Shown piece after piece: positions 14,312 through 27,711 of a stretch of DNA of 64,000 bases (its first letter is position 1; every line of letters begins with the position of its first letter). A program made the translations under genes and the position numbers. The notes beneath the pieces are model-generated. The model was not told the origin of the DNA. It saw only the letters and a list, made by a program, of their open reading frames with translations, and did no database searches. This DNA comes from Octopus vulgaris (taxonomy: Eukaryota): the NCBI GenBank assembly GCA_951406725.2, contig OX597831.1, positions 79,298,001 through 79,362,000 of the forward strand. Direction: 5' to 3'.

Positions 14312-14869
14312 TTATGAGAAGTGGCAATTTAAAAGAGCGTAAGATGAAATAAATAACTCCCTTGTGAATATGTGGCTTGCTCATCTAAACTATTTGATTT
14401 CTACAACAATTGGCTAAAACGGGTACACGGCGAACGTATGGAAGGCTGGTGCAGGCGACGCTGCGCGCCATGATAAGATGAACAGATATGAAAAATGGCC
14501 GCCGCTGTCCGGGGATTCTAAACAGCGGAGGATTTACTGAAAACGAATTAAGTATTAATTTTATCTGAATCAGGTATCCCGCGAGATGGCGCTTTTATCG
14601 CCGTTGTTTCTTCTTAACTCTACTCATTTTAGTTTTATTTCTTTGTTTTGTTTTGTTTCAGTTTTCTATATTTTATGTGTTTGCTGTTATTCTTTTTTTA
14701 TTTTGTATGTTTTTATTCTTTGCTTTTGTTGTTGTTGTTGTTTAATTTTGAAAGTTTGTTTCTTGTTTTGGTATTTGTATGTTTGTGGTTTGTTTTGATA
14801 GCGTCTGAAACCAATTTCCCTATCGCTGTTGTTGTTGTTGTTGCTACTGTTGTTTCTTATTCTTCTTAT

Positions 14870-15008
14870 CATCATCATCATTATTTTTATTATTATTTAT
14901 TAATATTATCATTATTATTATCATCATCATCATCATCATAATCATCACCATCATCATCATCATTATCATCATGATCATCATCATTATCGTTATTATTATT
15001 ATTATTAC

Positions 15009-15045
<37 letters not shown>

Positions 15046-15046
15046 G

Positions 15047-15119
<73 letters not shown>

Positions 15120-15141
15120 CATCATCATCATCATTATTATT
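14870..15141. repeat. (ATT)n/(ATC)n microsatellite
   Basis: Directly visible. Confidence 0.95.
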
Positions 15142-15857
15142 AAGGCGGTGAGCTGGCAGAATCGTCATATTGTATCCTACATATTTCCAAATGCGGAGGT
15201 TCCATTTAATCAAATAATCCTAGAAATGCCAAAAGACAAACCCGAAAAACACGGAACAGTTTAGTGGTCTATGTCAGTTAGACCTAATTGTTAAATGTTT
15301 GTAAATAAAAAAGAATAAATAGATTAACGTCAGTTGGATTACAACGAATCGGAAGCATGACGTTTCGGACGTAGGTTCGTTTTCAAAGTCTTCGAATAAG
15401 AAACTTAATATTAGGATAATTAGGTCCCACAGCATCGATGAGGGCAGCAAAAGGTATGAAAGTATTTTGAAAAAGTAAATAACTGATAGACTATCGAAAG
15501 ATTATTCAAGCAATTGATTAGGTAATTGAGAGAGAGAGAGTTTATTTGATTGGTGATAATTGCTTTTAATTTAGTTTCAAGGCCACTCGGTAATAAATAT
15601 TATTATTAATGAAGTGAAACACAATCGGTGAACTTGTTTTTATTGGCAAAACGTAACCTCCTCAGATAAAACTTATATTGGTATATAAGCATATATATAA
15701 ATGTGTGTGTGTGTGTGTGCGTATGTGTGTGTGTGTGTGTGTACATGTATGCATATGTAGTTTTCGTTTTGACTTCGTGATAAATAACAACAAATATGTA
15801 TTGGTGCAAGCATTTAAGAAATGGTTGTAAATTTGAATATTGTGTGTGTGTGTGTGT

Positions 15858-15915
<58 letters not shown>

Positions 15916-16467
15916 TGGGGAGAGTGAGGAAGAGAATGTGGTAGATATTGACGGTAACCCTCCAGCTTTTGCCTCCCGGGGCTTCTTAAGGAAATATTCA
16001 TGTATATTAATATTTAATACAAACATAAAAATGCATGCATTCATATATATATTAATTGTTTATATATACAGTCATGTACCACCGTTTGTATGTTTAATTT
16101 ATATACGTATACATAGGTCTTTTGGTATGTGTACGTATTACAAATATATATGTATTTTTATGATGTTAGTTCTTTGTAAATGTTTTTATTTTAAACGGAC
16201 ACATCTTTGTAATTTTTAAAAAATTGTTTTACCATTAACTAATCTACCCTGGGTATACAAGTTTTTTTTTCTACTGAAGCTAATTTATGATTTAAGATTT
16301 TATTAATGATGTGATTTTAAATCGTAATTGTAATTTAATATAACCGGTTGTTGAAAAGACCGTTAATTGAACGGACCAATGAAACAAAACCATTTTCTAA
16401 TGAGTATCTATCAAAGTAATTGTATATTTATGCATATAACCTTATTTTCCTTCCAATCTCAAACAAA

Positions 16468-16505
16468 CTGTCCGATGAAGGCCAGCGTGAAACTCTGAGT
16501 AACAG
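16468..16505 (+). ncRNA. Minimal hammerhead-like motif
   Basis: ctgt-CCGATGA-aggccagcgt-GAAA-ctctgag-TA-acag. Stem I ctgt/acag; stem III ACTC-t-GAGT; stem II pairs poorly. Confidence 0.55.
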
Positions 16506-16537
16506 CTTTTGTGATGTCGTTGCAGCTTCATTATGAA

Positions 16538-16579
<42 letters not shown>

Positions 16580-16906
16580 TATATTTATATACGCTTAAAG
16601 CTTATGGCAATCACAGTGCAATGACTAAGGAAAATAGTCTAATAAAGGGGCATGTAAGCCCTCGACAGTAAAAAAGGCATTCCTATCTGCTGCATCGAAA
16701 CCATATATATATATATCAAAGTGGAGTTGTAGGGTACCGAACGAGTGGAATTATATACGAAAGAAGGTTTGAAAATGCAATTTTAAAAGATGTTTATTTA
16801 CTTTACCGGTTTCACTCTTTGGAAAATGATTGTCAAAATTAACATGTAAAAGTTTGGTTGCGTTAATTATTGGTTGTTACAAAATGCTACATTACATATA
16901 TACAGT

Positions 16907-17288
16907 CTTTGGTGACAAGGACATGTTAAGGACATAAGAAAGTTTAACAAGTTCCTTAAAATATTGGGCACAAAAGATTATAACATAAATATACATTCTC
17001 AAGAAAATGTTAAAGATAGTTTCCAGAAGGAATTACTAAATAGTTCAGTGGGATATTGGTATTGTATCTGTATATTCAAACACAAACAGAATACTGGTTG
17101 TCACAGAGTACTACAATACACATATATACATTCTTTGGTGATAAGAATATGTTAAGAACATAAAAAAGTTTAACAACTTCATTGAAATATTGGGCATAAA
17201 AGATTACAACAAATATATACATTCTCAAGAAAATGTAAAAGATAGTTTCCAGAAAGAATTATTAAAAAGTTCAGTGGAATATTTGTAT
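16907..17288 (+). repeat. Diverged tandem duplication (~155 bp unit, ~225 bp period)
   Basis: ctttggtgacaagg...agttcagtgg at 16907 recurs at about 17132. Confidence 0.85.
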
Positions 17289-18236
17289 ACACGCACAGGA
17301 TATTATGAGTTCAAAAAGGTTTACATTATAATAGTAGGGAAGCTAAAACTGACCTGTCCACCATGTTAACGTAAAAGAATATTATCTATTTCAAGGGGCA
17401 CTGTAGGTGTGTTTGGGTGGGGGGAAGGATTTTCCATGCATAACATACATACACAGAAGCGAGATGATGTGTAGATGCTTAGATGAATATGTAAATTGGA
17501 AAGAAATATAAAAATGAGCAAATGAAAAATACAAAAACATTCACAAACAACGTACAAAAACAGACATATCAACAAAATATATCATCTACTATATGACGTA
17601 TTTCACCAAAAATTTTCCAAATAAACAGAAATTCTTTCCTCTCTGGTAAATTTTTTTCTTCACCTTGCCTAATACGATCTCCTTCACTAATACTATCATT
17701 CGTTGTATCACGATCAACTTATCTCTGTCTCCATAACCGTGGTTAAGAAGCTTCCCTCAGATAAATCTATATAACTGCCACTATGTTAGGAGTGAAGAGA
17801 AAAACCAATGATAGAGTCGCCATTTTGAAGAAGGATTGGCGCCTTTTCTTCGTGGCTGTAGTTTTTTTCTAAAATGGCGACTGTCTCGGACATAAGGTTT
17901 CGTTATCGTCTATTATTGTAAATATAAATGATTATAGGTCTCTGTATGTGTTTGCGTCTAAGCGCATACGCATGTATGTGTATGTGTGTGTGCGTGTGTG
18001 TGTGTGTATACCCATGTGTGGCTTTACTATAAATCTGTATGTGAATAGAGAGCGATTGCGTAATAATTCCGGTTTTCTCTCTGAATGTGGGTGTGATTTA
18101 TGTTGCATGTGTATGTGTGAATATGTTTTTGTTTTGTGCGCGAATATTCGTACATAATTGTTTGCATGTAAGCCTATTGTGCGCATGCGTATGTGTGTGA
18201 TAGTGTCCATGTGTATAACTATATATATATATATAT

Positions 18237-18267
<31 letters not shown>

Positions 18268-18327
18268 TTCTTATATACATGTACATAGATATATATACAT
18301 ATATATACGCATACATTCATATAACTG

Positions 18328-18426
<99 letters not shown>

Positions 18427-18624
18427 GTGTTTTGGGGGTTGAGTGTGTGTGAGTATTCGTATGCATAAATGCATACATACATACATACATACATACTTAC
18501 AGAAATATAGAAATATATACACAGTATACACGTTCACACGTACGCAATATGCCTACATCTTCATTTGCTCCGTTTCTTGCTGGGCTTTTCATATGCGTGC
18601 ACACATACACTCTTATCCATTTAT

Positions 18625-18676
<52 letters not shown>

Positions 18677-19544
18677 CATTTCTCTGTGATGTAGACTCCT
18701 TTTCCACCCTTCATTTGTCTGTCCGATTATATAATTCAATAAGTCTTTTAATCTTCTTTTGCGTAAATATTTTCATAACAGCTAAAAGTCAAATCGACTT
18801 CGTACAAGCAGATTGCATTTCCTTTTTTAGACACTAACAGACACACACACACACACATACACATACACACACATACACACTCACACACATACACCTACAC
18901 ATATACTTGTATATGCTTCCTCTTCCCTCTTCATCAATTATATGTATATTCACACTGGCATATGTGTGCATATATTCGTGTGTATGTATGTATCTCTGTG
19001 AGCATGTGTTTGTGTGTGTATGTGTGTGTGTGTGTGTGTGCGCTTGTGTGTCTGTGTGTACGCATATGTCTGTGGGTTGTTTATCTACGCTAACATACTG
19101 AGATGGTGTTTATGCGACCTGATGTTGATCCAATTAGGGCGCTGCTCCGTCAGACTTTGAAAAGTGTTCCACTGTCAGCCGCGTCCCTAAAGCCTCGCAT
19201 ATATCCTAGCTTCTCCTCAAGGAGAGACCGTTGATACAAAGCGGAATTTCAACCCAAGACAAACGAACATGCACTACAAAGCATCAACTTAGCAACCACT
19301 CCAGATTTGAAAAGCATTGTTGGCCCTCGGTGTTATTTGAACTTAGCGAGTACAGACAGACAGAATAAATAACGCAGGGCAATCCACTTGAGGCTCTAAC
19401 GATTCTGCTGTTTCATTTGTATGAACTGGAACTTGAATTATCAACTCCAGATATAGATATAAAAAATGCTGTAAATATTGGCCAGGATGAGATTTGAGCC
19501 TAGAACAGAGCGAACTGGAAGAAGTGCTGCAATGGATCAATGGA

Positions 19545-19835
19545 ACAGCTGATACGATCAACGGAGCTGCCTGCCCGTGAAATTAACATGCAAGTGGCTG
19601 AGCACTCCACAGACACGTGTACCCTTCACGTAGTTCTCAGGGAGATTTAGCGTGACACAGAGTGTGACAAGCCGGCCTTTTGAAACACAGGTACTACTCA
19701 TTTTTGCCAGCTGAGTGGACTGGAGCAACGTGAAATAAAGTGTCTTGCTCAAGAACACAACGCGTCGCCGGGATTGAACTCACGACCTTGCAATCGTGAG
19801 TCGAATGCTCTCACCACTAAACCACGCGCCTCCAC
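19545..19835 (-). mobile_element. tRNA-derived SINE, family D
   Basis: Minus-strand head gtggaggcgcgtggtttagtggtgagagc...gagttcaatcccgg (A/B boxes), then ttgagcaagacactttatttcacgttgctccagtccactcagctgg. A partial second copy lies at 33505. Confidence 0.85.
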
Positions 19836-20029
19836 GCAATGGATCATATTGTCTGTCTTAAGAATTTTGCACTTCATTTGCTGTGAGCGAAAACTTGAAT
19901 TTTCTTCTCGGAAATGTGATTTTCATATCGGCGAAATTTGAAATAACGTTAGAGAGGCCGGACATATACGAGAAAGCTCTTTGCCCGACAAGTTTAACGT
20001 TATGCATGACCGAATCCATCGATTAACAG

Positions 20030-20245
20030 TATCGGTTTCAAATTTTGTCCTAAGTCCAGCAATTTCAAAGGAGAGGCTAAGTATATTTATCGACCCTAGT
20101 GCCCAATAAGTTCTTATTTTATCGACCTCCGAACGAATAAAAGGCAAATTCATCCCCGGCTACGTTTGAACTCAGAACCTAAAGAATTGACAAATATGTC
20201 GAGGCATTTTACCCTACCCGCTAACCATTCTACCAGCTCATCGCC
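20030..20245 (-). mobile_element. SINE family B
   Basis: atcgacc...aaggcaaa...ttgaactcagaac...accagctca, the reverse complement of the family B pattern. Confidence 0.75.
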
Positions 20246-20329
20246 TGCCAAGTTTGTTTGCTCCTTCTCGAGCCCTGCCTGGCTCATAAGGCCCGGTTTT
20301 CCGGTTTCCTTGGTGTGTAGGTCCGTCGC

Positions 20330-20482
20330 AGGTGAGCTGCAAGATGCAGGACAAAGTGAGAGAAAGTTGTTGCGAAAAGGTTCGCTATTACCATCTGCCG
20401 GAGCCGCGTGGAGCTTAGGTTTTTCGCTCATAAACACACACATCACCCGGTCTGAGATTCGAACCCGCGATCCCTCGACCGC
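20330..20482 (-). mobile_element. SINE family C fragment
   Basis: gtgagagaaagttgttgcgaaa...gttttt cgctca taaacacac...gattcgaacccgcgatcc aligns with 46125-46423. Confidence 0.7.
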
Positions 20483-20857
20483 TGCTCTAAGAACTAGGCC
20501 ATGTGCCACCTCAATACTATAAGTAATAGATTAATATTACTACCGGGTTTTGTAGGAATGGTTATAACCATGTAGTGCAGTGCCCTCGTCAAGGCTGAAG
20601 CATATAAAGGGAGGTGCGTTCTTCGATAACGGTGTCGCTGCACGAGTTCTATGATCAGAGCTAAACGACAACCGAAACAACAGCAAGAACGACAATGGCA
20701 TACGCAAACTCACACATACAAAGAAACTCACATACATACATACATAATACATACGCCTGTATGAATACACGCACATACACACATACTCATACATAAATAC
20801 ACAACACATAACACATAACACACACACACACACACGCACTCATTGATATACATATAG

Positions 20858-20985
20858 AAGACGGGATTCTTTCAGTTTCCGTTTATCAAATCAACTTACA
20901 GGCTTTAGTCGGTCTAAGACAATATTAACAGGGGCTAAACGCAAGGTGCTATGCAGTGGGATTGAACCCGGAACCATGTAGCTGG
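20858..20985 (-). mobile_element. SINE family A head fragment
   Basis: ttctttcagtttccgt...caaggtgctatgcagtgggattgaacccggaaccatgt. Confidence 0.7.
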
Positions 20986-21030
20986 CACCCGATGTTTTAT
21001 CCAAATCACACCTATATATAACTTGTAAAA

Positions 21031-21087
<57 letters not shown>

Positions 21088-21394
21088 TGCAAATATATAT
21101 ATGTATATATATATACGTTCATATAAATATACATATATATATAAATACATACACACACATATATATATATATATACACACATATATATATATAAATACAT
21201 ATATATATATATATATATATATTCATATACATAAATATTTAATACACACACACACACATATATATATATGCATCTAACTGTTTAAATTTAAGTAGATATT
21301 TGTGTATAAACTTATAAAAAACATGAATCACTATACATACATACATACATACATGCATATATATATACATATATATACATATACATATATATAT

Positions 21395-21454
<60 letters not shown>

Positions 21455-21944
21455 CTTTATATATATAATTATATATATATATATACACACACTCACAAAT
21501 ATGACCATCTATACATACACATACTTACATATCACCAGAAACGAAAAACCTCCAACACACAAACAAGGCCGCATTAACGCACCTGTTGCTTGCACGTAGA
21601 CACCTCATTACCGATACACTTACATATTTATGTGATGCTTTTTTATCTTTACATTTTCCCTTCATGCTGCATATCTAGTGCACATATATTGCACATCTGC
21701 TCTCGTTTCCAAACCCAGTCTTCAGTCAAAGGCATTTAGTGTTGTAATTAATTGAACGTATGTCGTCGAATTGTGACGTAACAGCCATTACGCGGTTATT
21801 TCTCAGAAGCGTATCTTACGACATCGTTATGTCGTTACGTCGTTTCACAGACGTTTGCTGACGAAACATGGTAACGTTTTAGATTCGGCTATCACATGAA
21901 AGTCTGTGTGTCTACGTATATGTGAGCGTACTACATACATAAGT

Positions 21945-21993
<49 letters not shown>

Positions 21994-21997
21994 GCTA

Positions 21998-22082
21998 TGG
22001 TTGAAGAAGGCTTTGGACCTACCTGTTATATCAATTATGTATTGATATAAGTTATTCAATAAAGCCCGAAACATATGTACCA
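21998..22082 (+). ncRNA. Hammerhead-like motif with extended stem II
   Basis: tgg-TTGAAGA-a-ggcttt[...ttatatcaat-tatgt-attgatataa...]aaagcc-c-GAAA-catatg-TA-cca. All three stems pair; starts just after a (TA)n tract. Confidence 0.6.
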
Positions 22083-22358
22083 CAAAATCCTTTGCGTCCT
22101 GTTTTTCTTTTGATACATATATATATATATATATATAAGTACATATATATATACATATATATATATATTTATACATATATATGTATACATATATAATCAA
22201 AATAAGCAAGAAGAATGTCTTCGGTAGTTTACCGAAGATATTCTTGTTGCTTACTTTGATTATAATCACCTCATGTATTTATATGGATAACACCATACAA
22301 AATTCTGGTGCATCTAACTTAAGTACCATATTCATTTGAATCTAAATTTTGCTGAACT

Positions 22359-22427
<69 letters not shown>

Positions 22428-22613
22428 GTCAATTTAATGTTTATTTAATTTAGTGATTAATGTGTTTAGTCTTGTAATTAATTGAACGTGTGTCGAATTG
22501 TGACGTAACACCATAACATGGTTATTTCTCTTATATGAATATGTTTATGGGTGTATGTATGTATGTATGCATGTATGTATGTATATATATATATACATAT
22601 ATATACATATATG

Positions 22614-22665
<52 letters not shown>

Positions 22666-23388
22666 TGTGTATGTGTGTGTATATATATATACATATATAC
22701 AGAACTATACATAACTAACTACTTAACTAAGTATAGCTCCTGCTCACTTCATTTAACCTCACACTCTATTGATAAGACAGTTAATTTAGCCCGTATATAT
22801 AGAGGGCGCGGTTAGCAAACGGTTTCTTACGAAATCAGTAGCTTAGTATCGATAGACTAACACCTCCGTGATGCCATACCTTTGATGGTGTCTTCGTTCC
22901 GTTGCCACATCGATAATTTGGTCTCCGAATTTAAGGAAAATCAGCTTGTGCCTTTTCCGTTGAAATTATTAATGTGGTAGAAATTTGTTACGTTCAAAAT
23001 GGCGTCTTTCGGTATTTAGGGTGATATAAGTTTTGAATCTTTTGTTCGCATTTTTCGTTTTGGGGTTCTTTGTTTGTTACTTGTGCTTTTATTTTGTTTT
23101 GTTGGATGTATAAATTGTCTGCTGGTGTGTGTTTGTGGTTGTTTTCGTTGTGATTTTTGTGTTTTCATTGGAAGGAGGTATACATTAACGTATATACAGC
23201 GACACAATTCCTCTCACGGAAACAAAGAAATCCGAGAATGTTATACATATAACTACACAGAACCACGCGAGTGCGTATATGCGTGGGAATGTATATATAT
23301 ATATATATCTGTGTGCGTTTGTGTGTATGTCTGTGTGTGCATACGCAAGTATACATGTGTGTATATGCTGGAATGCACACATGTATAT

Positions 23389-23455
<67 letters not shown>

Positions 23456-23717
23456 GTATATACCCGTATACCGTATGTGTGTGTATGTGAGTGTATAAAT
23501 ATACAGATATATACAACAAACGCATTTACACTGTCATATATATTCATACGCATGTATGTATGTGTATGTGTGTGTAATTCTTGACAGGTAGATACAGAGG
23601 TAGATATGCATATACTTATATATTTATATATATTTATCAATATATGTATATGTGTGTGTGCATAGATATTTTTACACACACACAAACACACACACATATA
23701 TAAATACACACACATAC

Positions 23718-23790
<73 letters not shown>

Positions 23791-24010
23791 CATACATATA
23801 TATATATACGTACACACACACACCTGGAACACACGCACAGATAGACATCCAACAGATAATGTGGGCATGATAGGAGCAAATCATAAGATTGAGAATCAAC
23901 TGTGTAAGAGGTTAGATTATTACACCTCCGTAGCTCATATCTCTTTAATATACTCGAGATAAATGGGTATTTACGCTACTTACCATTGACACAATCAAGA
24001 GGGCTGCGTG

Positions 24011-24049
<39 letters not shown>

Positions 24050-24291
24050 ATGTATGTGTGGGACGGTGTATGTGAGTGTAGGGGTGTGGAGAGGTCTGTG
24101 TTTACAGATGTGCGTTGGTGGTGGTGTTTATGATGTATAGGGGGTTCATACGTTTATTATTTTTGTTGTATATATGTGTATTTATGGATATGAAAATTTA
24201 ATGGTGCTACGAATGCACATAAATATGTAGGTATATATATATATATATATATATAGGTATATATATATGTGTAGGTATATATATATGTGTA

Positions 24292-24328
<37 letters not shown>

Positions 24329-24450
24329 GAATTTATATCCATATTTATATATACATATATATACATATATATACATATGTAAATTTACATAAGCTAATAG
24401 ATTCTCCATACCTTTATATATATTAATTATATACCTGTATTATGCATCAT

Positions 24451-24488
<38 letters not shown>

Positions 24489-24597
24489 CGTATATATATA
24501 AAGAGAGAGAGATACATAAATACTTACATACATACACACTTACATATATAGATATACATATAATATGTGTGTGTATGTATATATATATATATATATA

Positions 24598-24635
<38 letters not shown>

Positions 24636-24956
24636 AGAATGTACGAGCAGAAAAAATATATAGAAACACATTCACACACATACACACAAACACACAAAGA
24701 AGTCCGTACGGTACTTTACAGATAAGAGTACATTGAATATACCGACAGAGATAAAAACAAACTTATGTGAGATTGCAATGTTCATTTATGAGTTATGCAT
24801 ACACAAGCACGCAACGCATGCGCAGAAACACAAGCTCACACACACACGCAGGGTGTGTGTAATTTTGAATGTGTATGTGTACATACATACATATATATAT
24901 ATATATGTATGTGTGTATGTATGTATATGTATATATGTATATACACATGCACATGT

Positions 24957-25420
<464 letters not shown>

Positions 25421-25658
25421 CTCTCTATATGTCTCTCTATCGCACTCTTACACTGAAGTTAGTCTTCTCCAATACCAACGTAACGCTCGACATATGTTCT
25501 ATGCTCGAGTTCCCAGATAGAAAGAAACCTTCCATCGCACAAGGACTAACGTACATACACTTACACAGACAGGCAGACGCACACACACACATACATTCAC
25601 ACAAACACACACGAGTACGTAAATTCACTCCTATATTATAAATCCGTGTATTTGTTTC

Positions 25659-25697
<39 letters not shown>

Positions 25698-26095
25698 GGC
25701 GCAGGAGTGGCTGTGTCGTAAGTAGCTTGCTTACCGACCAAATGGTCCCGGGTTCAGTCCTACTGCGTGGCACCTTGGGCAAGTGTCTTCTACTATAACC
25801 TTGTGAGTGGATTTGGTAGACGGAAACTGGATGAAGCCCTACGTATATGTACATATATGTATGTGTGTGTGTGTGTGTGTGTATGTTTGTGTGTCTGTGT
25901 TTGTCCCCACCACCACCACCAACATCGCTTGACAACCGATGCTTGTTTGTTTACGCCCGCGTAACTTAGCGGTTCGGCTAAGAGACCAATATAATAAGTA
26001 CTAGGCTTACAAAGAATAAGTCCTGGCATCGATTTGCTCGATGCTCCAGCATGGTCGCAGTCAAAATGTCTAAAACAAGTAAGAAAGTGAAAGAG
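25698..26095 (+). mobile_element. SINE family A, near full length
   Basis: ggcgcaggagtggctgtgtcgtaag (A box), gggttcagtcc (B box), ccttgggcaagtgtcttct core-like segment and 3' tail. Confidence 0.9.
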
Positions 26096-26178
26096 TGTGT
26101 ATATATATATATGTATCTATATATATATATATTATGTGCATTTATATATATACACACAAATATAAATATACGTGTGCA

Positions 26179-26223
<45 letters not shown>

Positions 26224-26709
26224 GTGTTTGTCTATGAAGCAATCATGCATATACAATCGCACACACATACAGACATGCACCAACACATTCGCATTTATTC
26301 GTATGCGCATAGTTTTGAGTGTGTACATATATATATATATATAGACATTCACCCACACACACTCCCTAAATTCTCTTTGCTTTTCAAGTAGTCCCACGTA
26401 AGGCATTCCATACCACATCGTAATAATCTCAAAACAAACAAATATAAAATAAAATCAAAATTTAATATATATCCTTATCCACATCTGTAAGAATTACACG
26501 TAGTTAAGTATTACATATACAAACAAATCTCTTCAACATTTATTTCTCCCCCTGAAATAATTAAAGATCTATTTTCATGTCCGCTTCATGGTGGTCTCTT
26601 CTACAATGATTTCCCTGCGTTGGTAAAATGTTACGTACTGTTCGCTCGACGTCTTTTCGTTCAGTGTTCGAATTCTGCCGAGAATAAGTTTTTTTTTTTA
26701 CCGTATATT

Positions 26710-27315
26710 CTTTTCTACTCTAGGCCCAAAATTTTTGTGGGAGAGGGCCCAGTTGATTAGATCGACCCCGGTACACAACTGCTACTTAATTTATCGACCC
26801 CGAAAGGATGAAAGGCAAAGTCGACTTCGGCGGAACTTGAACTCAGAACATAAAGACAGATGAAATACCTCTAAGCACTTCGTCCGGCGTGCTAACGTTT
26901 CTTATTTCTTTATTGCCCACAAATGGCTAAACAAAGAGGGAACAAACAAGGACAGACAAACGGATTAAGTCGATTATATCGACCCCAGTTCGTAACTGGT
27001 ACTTAATTTATCGACCCCGAAAGGATGAAAGGCAAAGTCGACTTCGGCGGAATTTGAACTCAGAACGTAACGGCAGACGAAATACCTATTTCTTTACTGC
27101 CCACAAGGGGCTAAACACAGTGAGAGCAAACAAGGACAGACAAACGGTTTAAGTTGATTACATCGATCCCAGTGCATAACTGGCACTTCATTAATCGACC
27201 CCGAAAGGATGAAAGGCAAAGTCGACCTCGGCGGAATTTGAACTCAGAACGTAACGGCAGACGAAATACGGCTACGCATTTCGCCCGGCGTACTAACGTT
27301 TCTGCCAACTCGACC
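26710..27315 (-). mobile_element. Head-to-tail array of three family B SINE units
   Basis: atcgaccccgaaaggatgaaaggcaaagtcgac..cggcggaa.ttgaactcagaac occurs three times (~26790, ~27010, ~27195). Confidence 0.9.
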
Positions 27316-27388
27316 CCAGTGCTTGAATGGGACTTCAAAAGAATGTAAGTCAAGGTCGACCCTGAAAATTCAAAGGCAAAGTCGACCC

Positions 27389-27419
<31 letters not shown>

Positions 27420-27446
27420 CTACGGTTTAGTCGAGCAAATCGACCA

Positions 27447-27711
27447 CTGTGGTTCCTAAAGTGGGTGGTATTGCCCCTCTAAGGGCGGTGGAATATTCCA
27501 AGGGAGCGTTGAAGAAAAGTGGGGCGATAATGGGCGGAGCGATTCATGTAGAAACAAAAAAATAATGGGCTCATTAGGTTAAGTTTGATTTGTGAATTAC
27601 AGTTGGTTTGAATTTGCTTCAGAAAGAGGTCTACGTTTGTGATAGTAGGGGCGCTAGGAATGAGGCCTAGGTGTCAAGGGGGCGGCAACCTGAAAAAGTT
27701 TGGAACTACTG
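27447..27711. mobile_element. hAT-like MITE
   Basis: Imperfect TIRs ctgtggttcctaaa / tttggaactactg; GC-rich ggggcg subterminal motifs. Confidence 0.55.

Noticed and set aside
21695-21730. Minus-strand CTGAAGA-ctgggtttg-GAAA-cg
   Set aside because: No UH cleavage site and no stem I.
26710-27315. Regularly spaced repeats suggesting a CRISPR-like array
   Set aside because: Units are ~200-bp SINE copies with no unique spacers, in a eukaryotic context.
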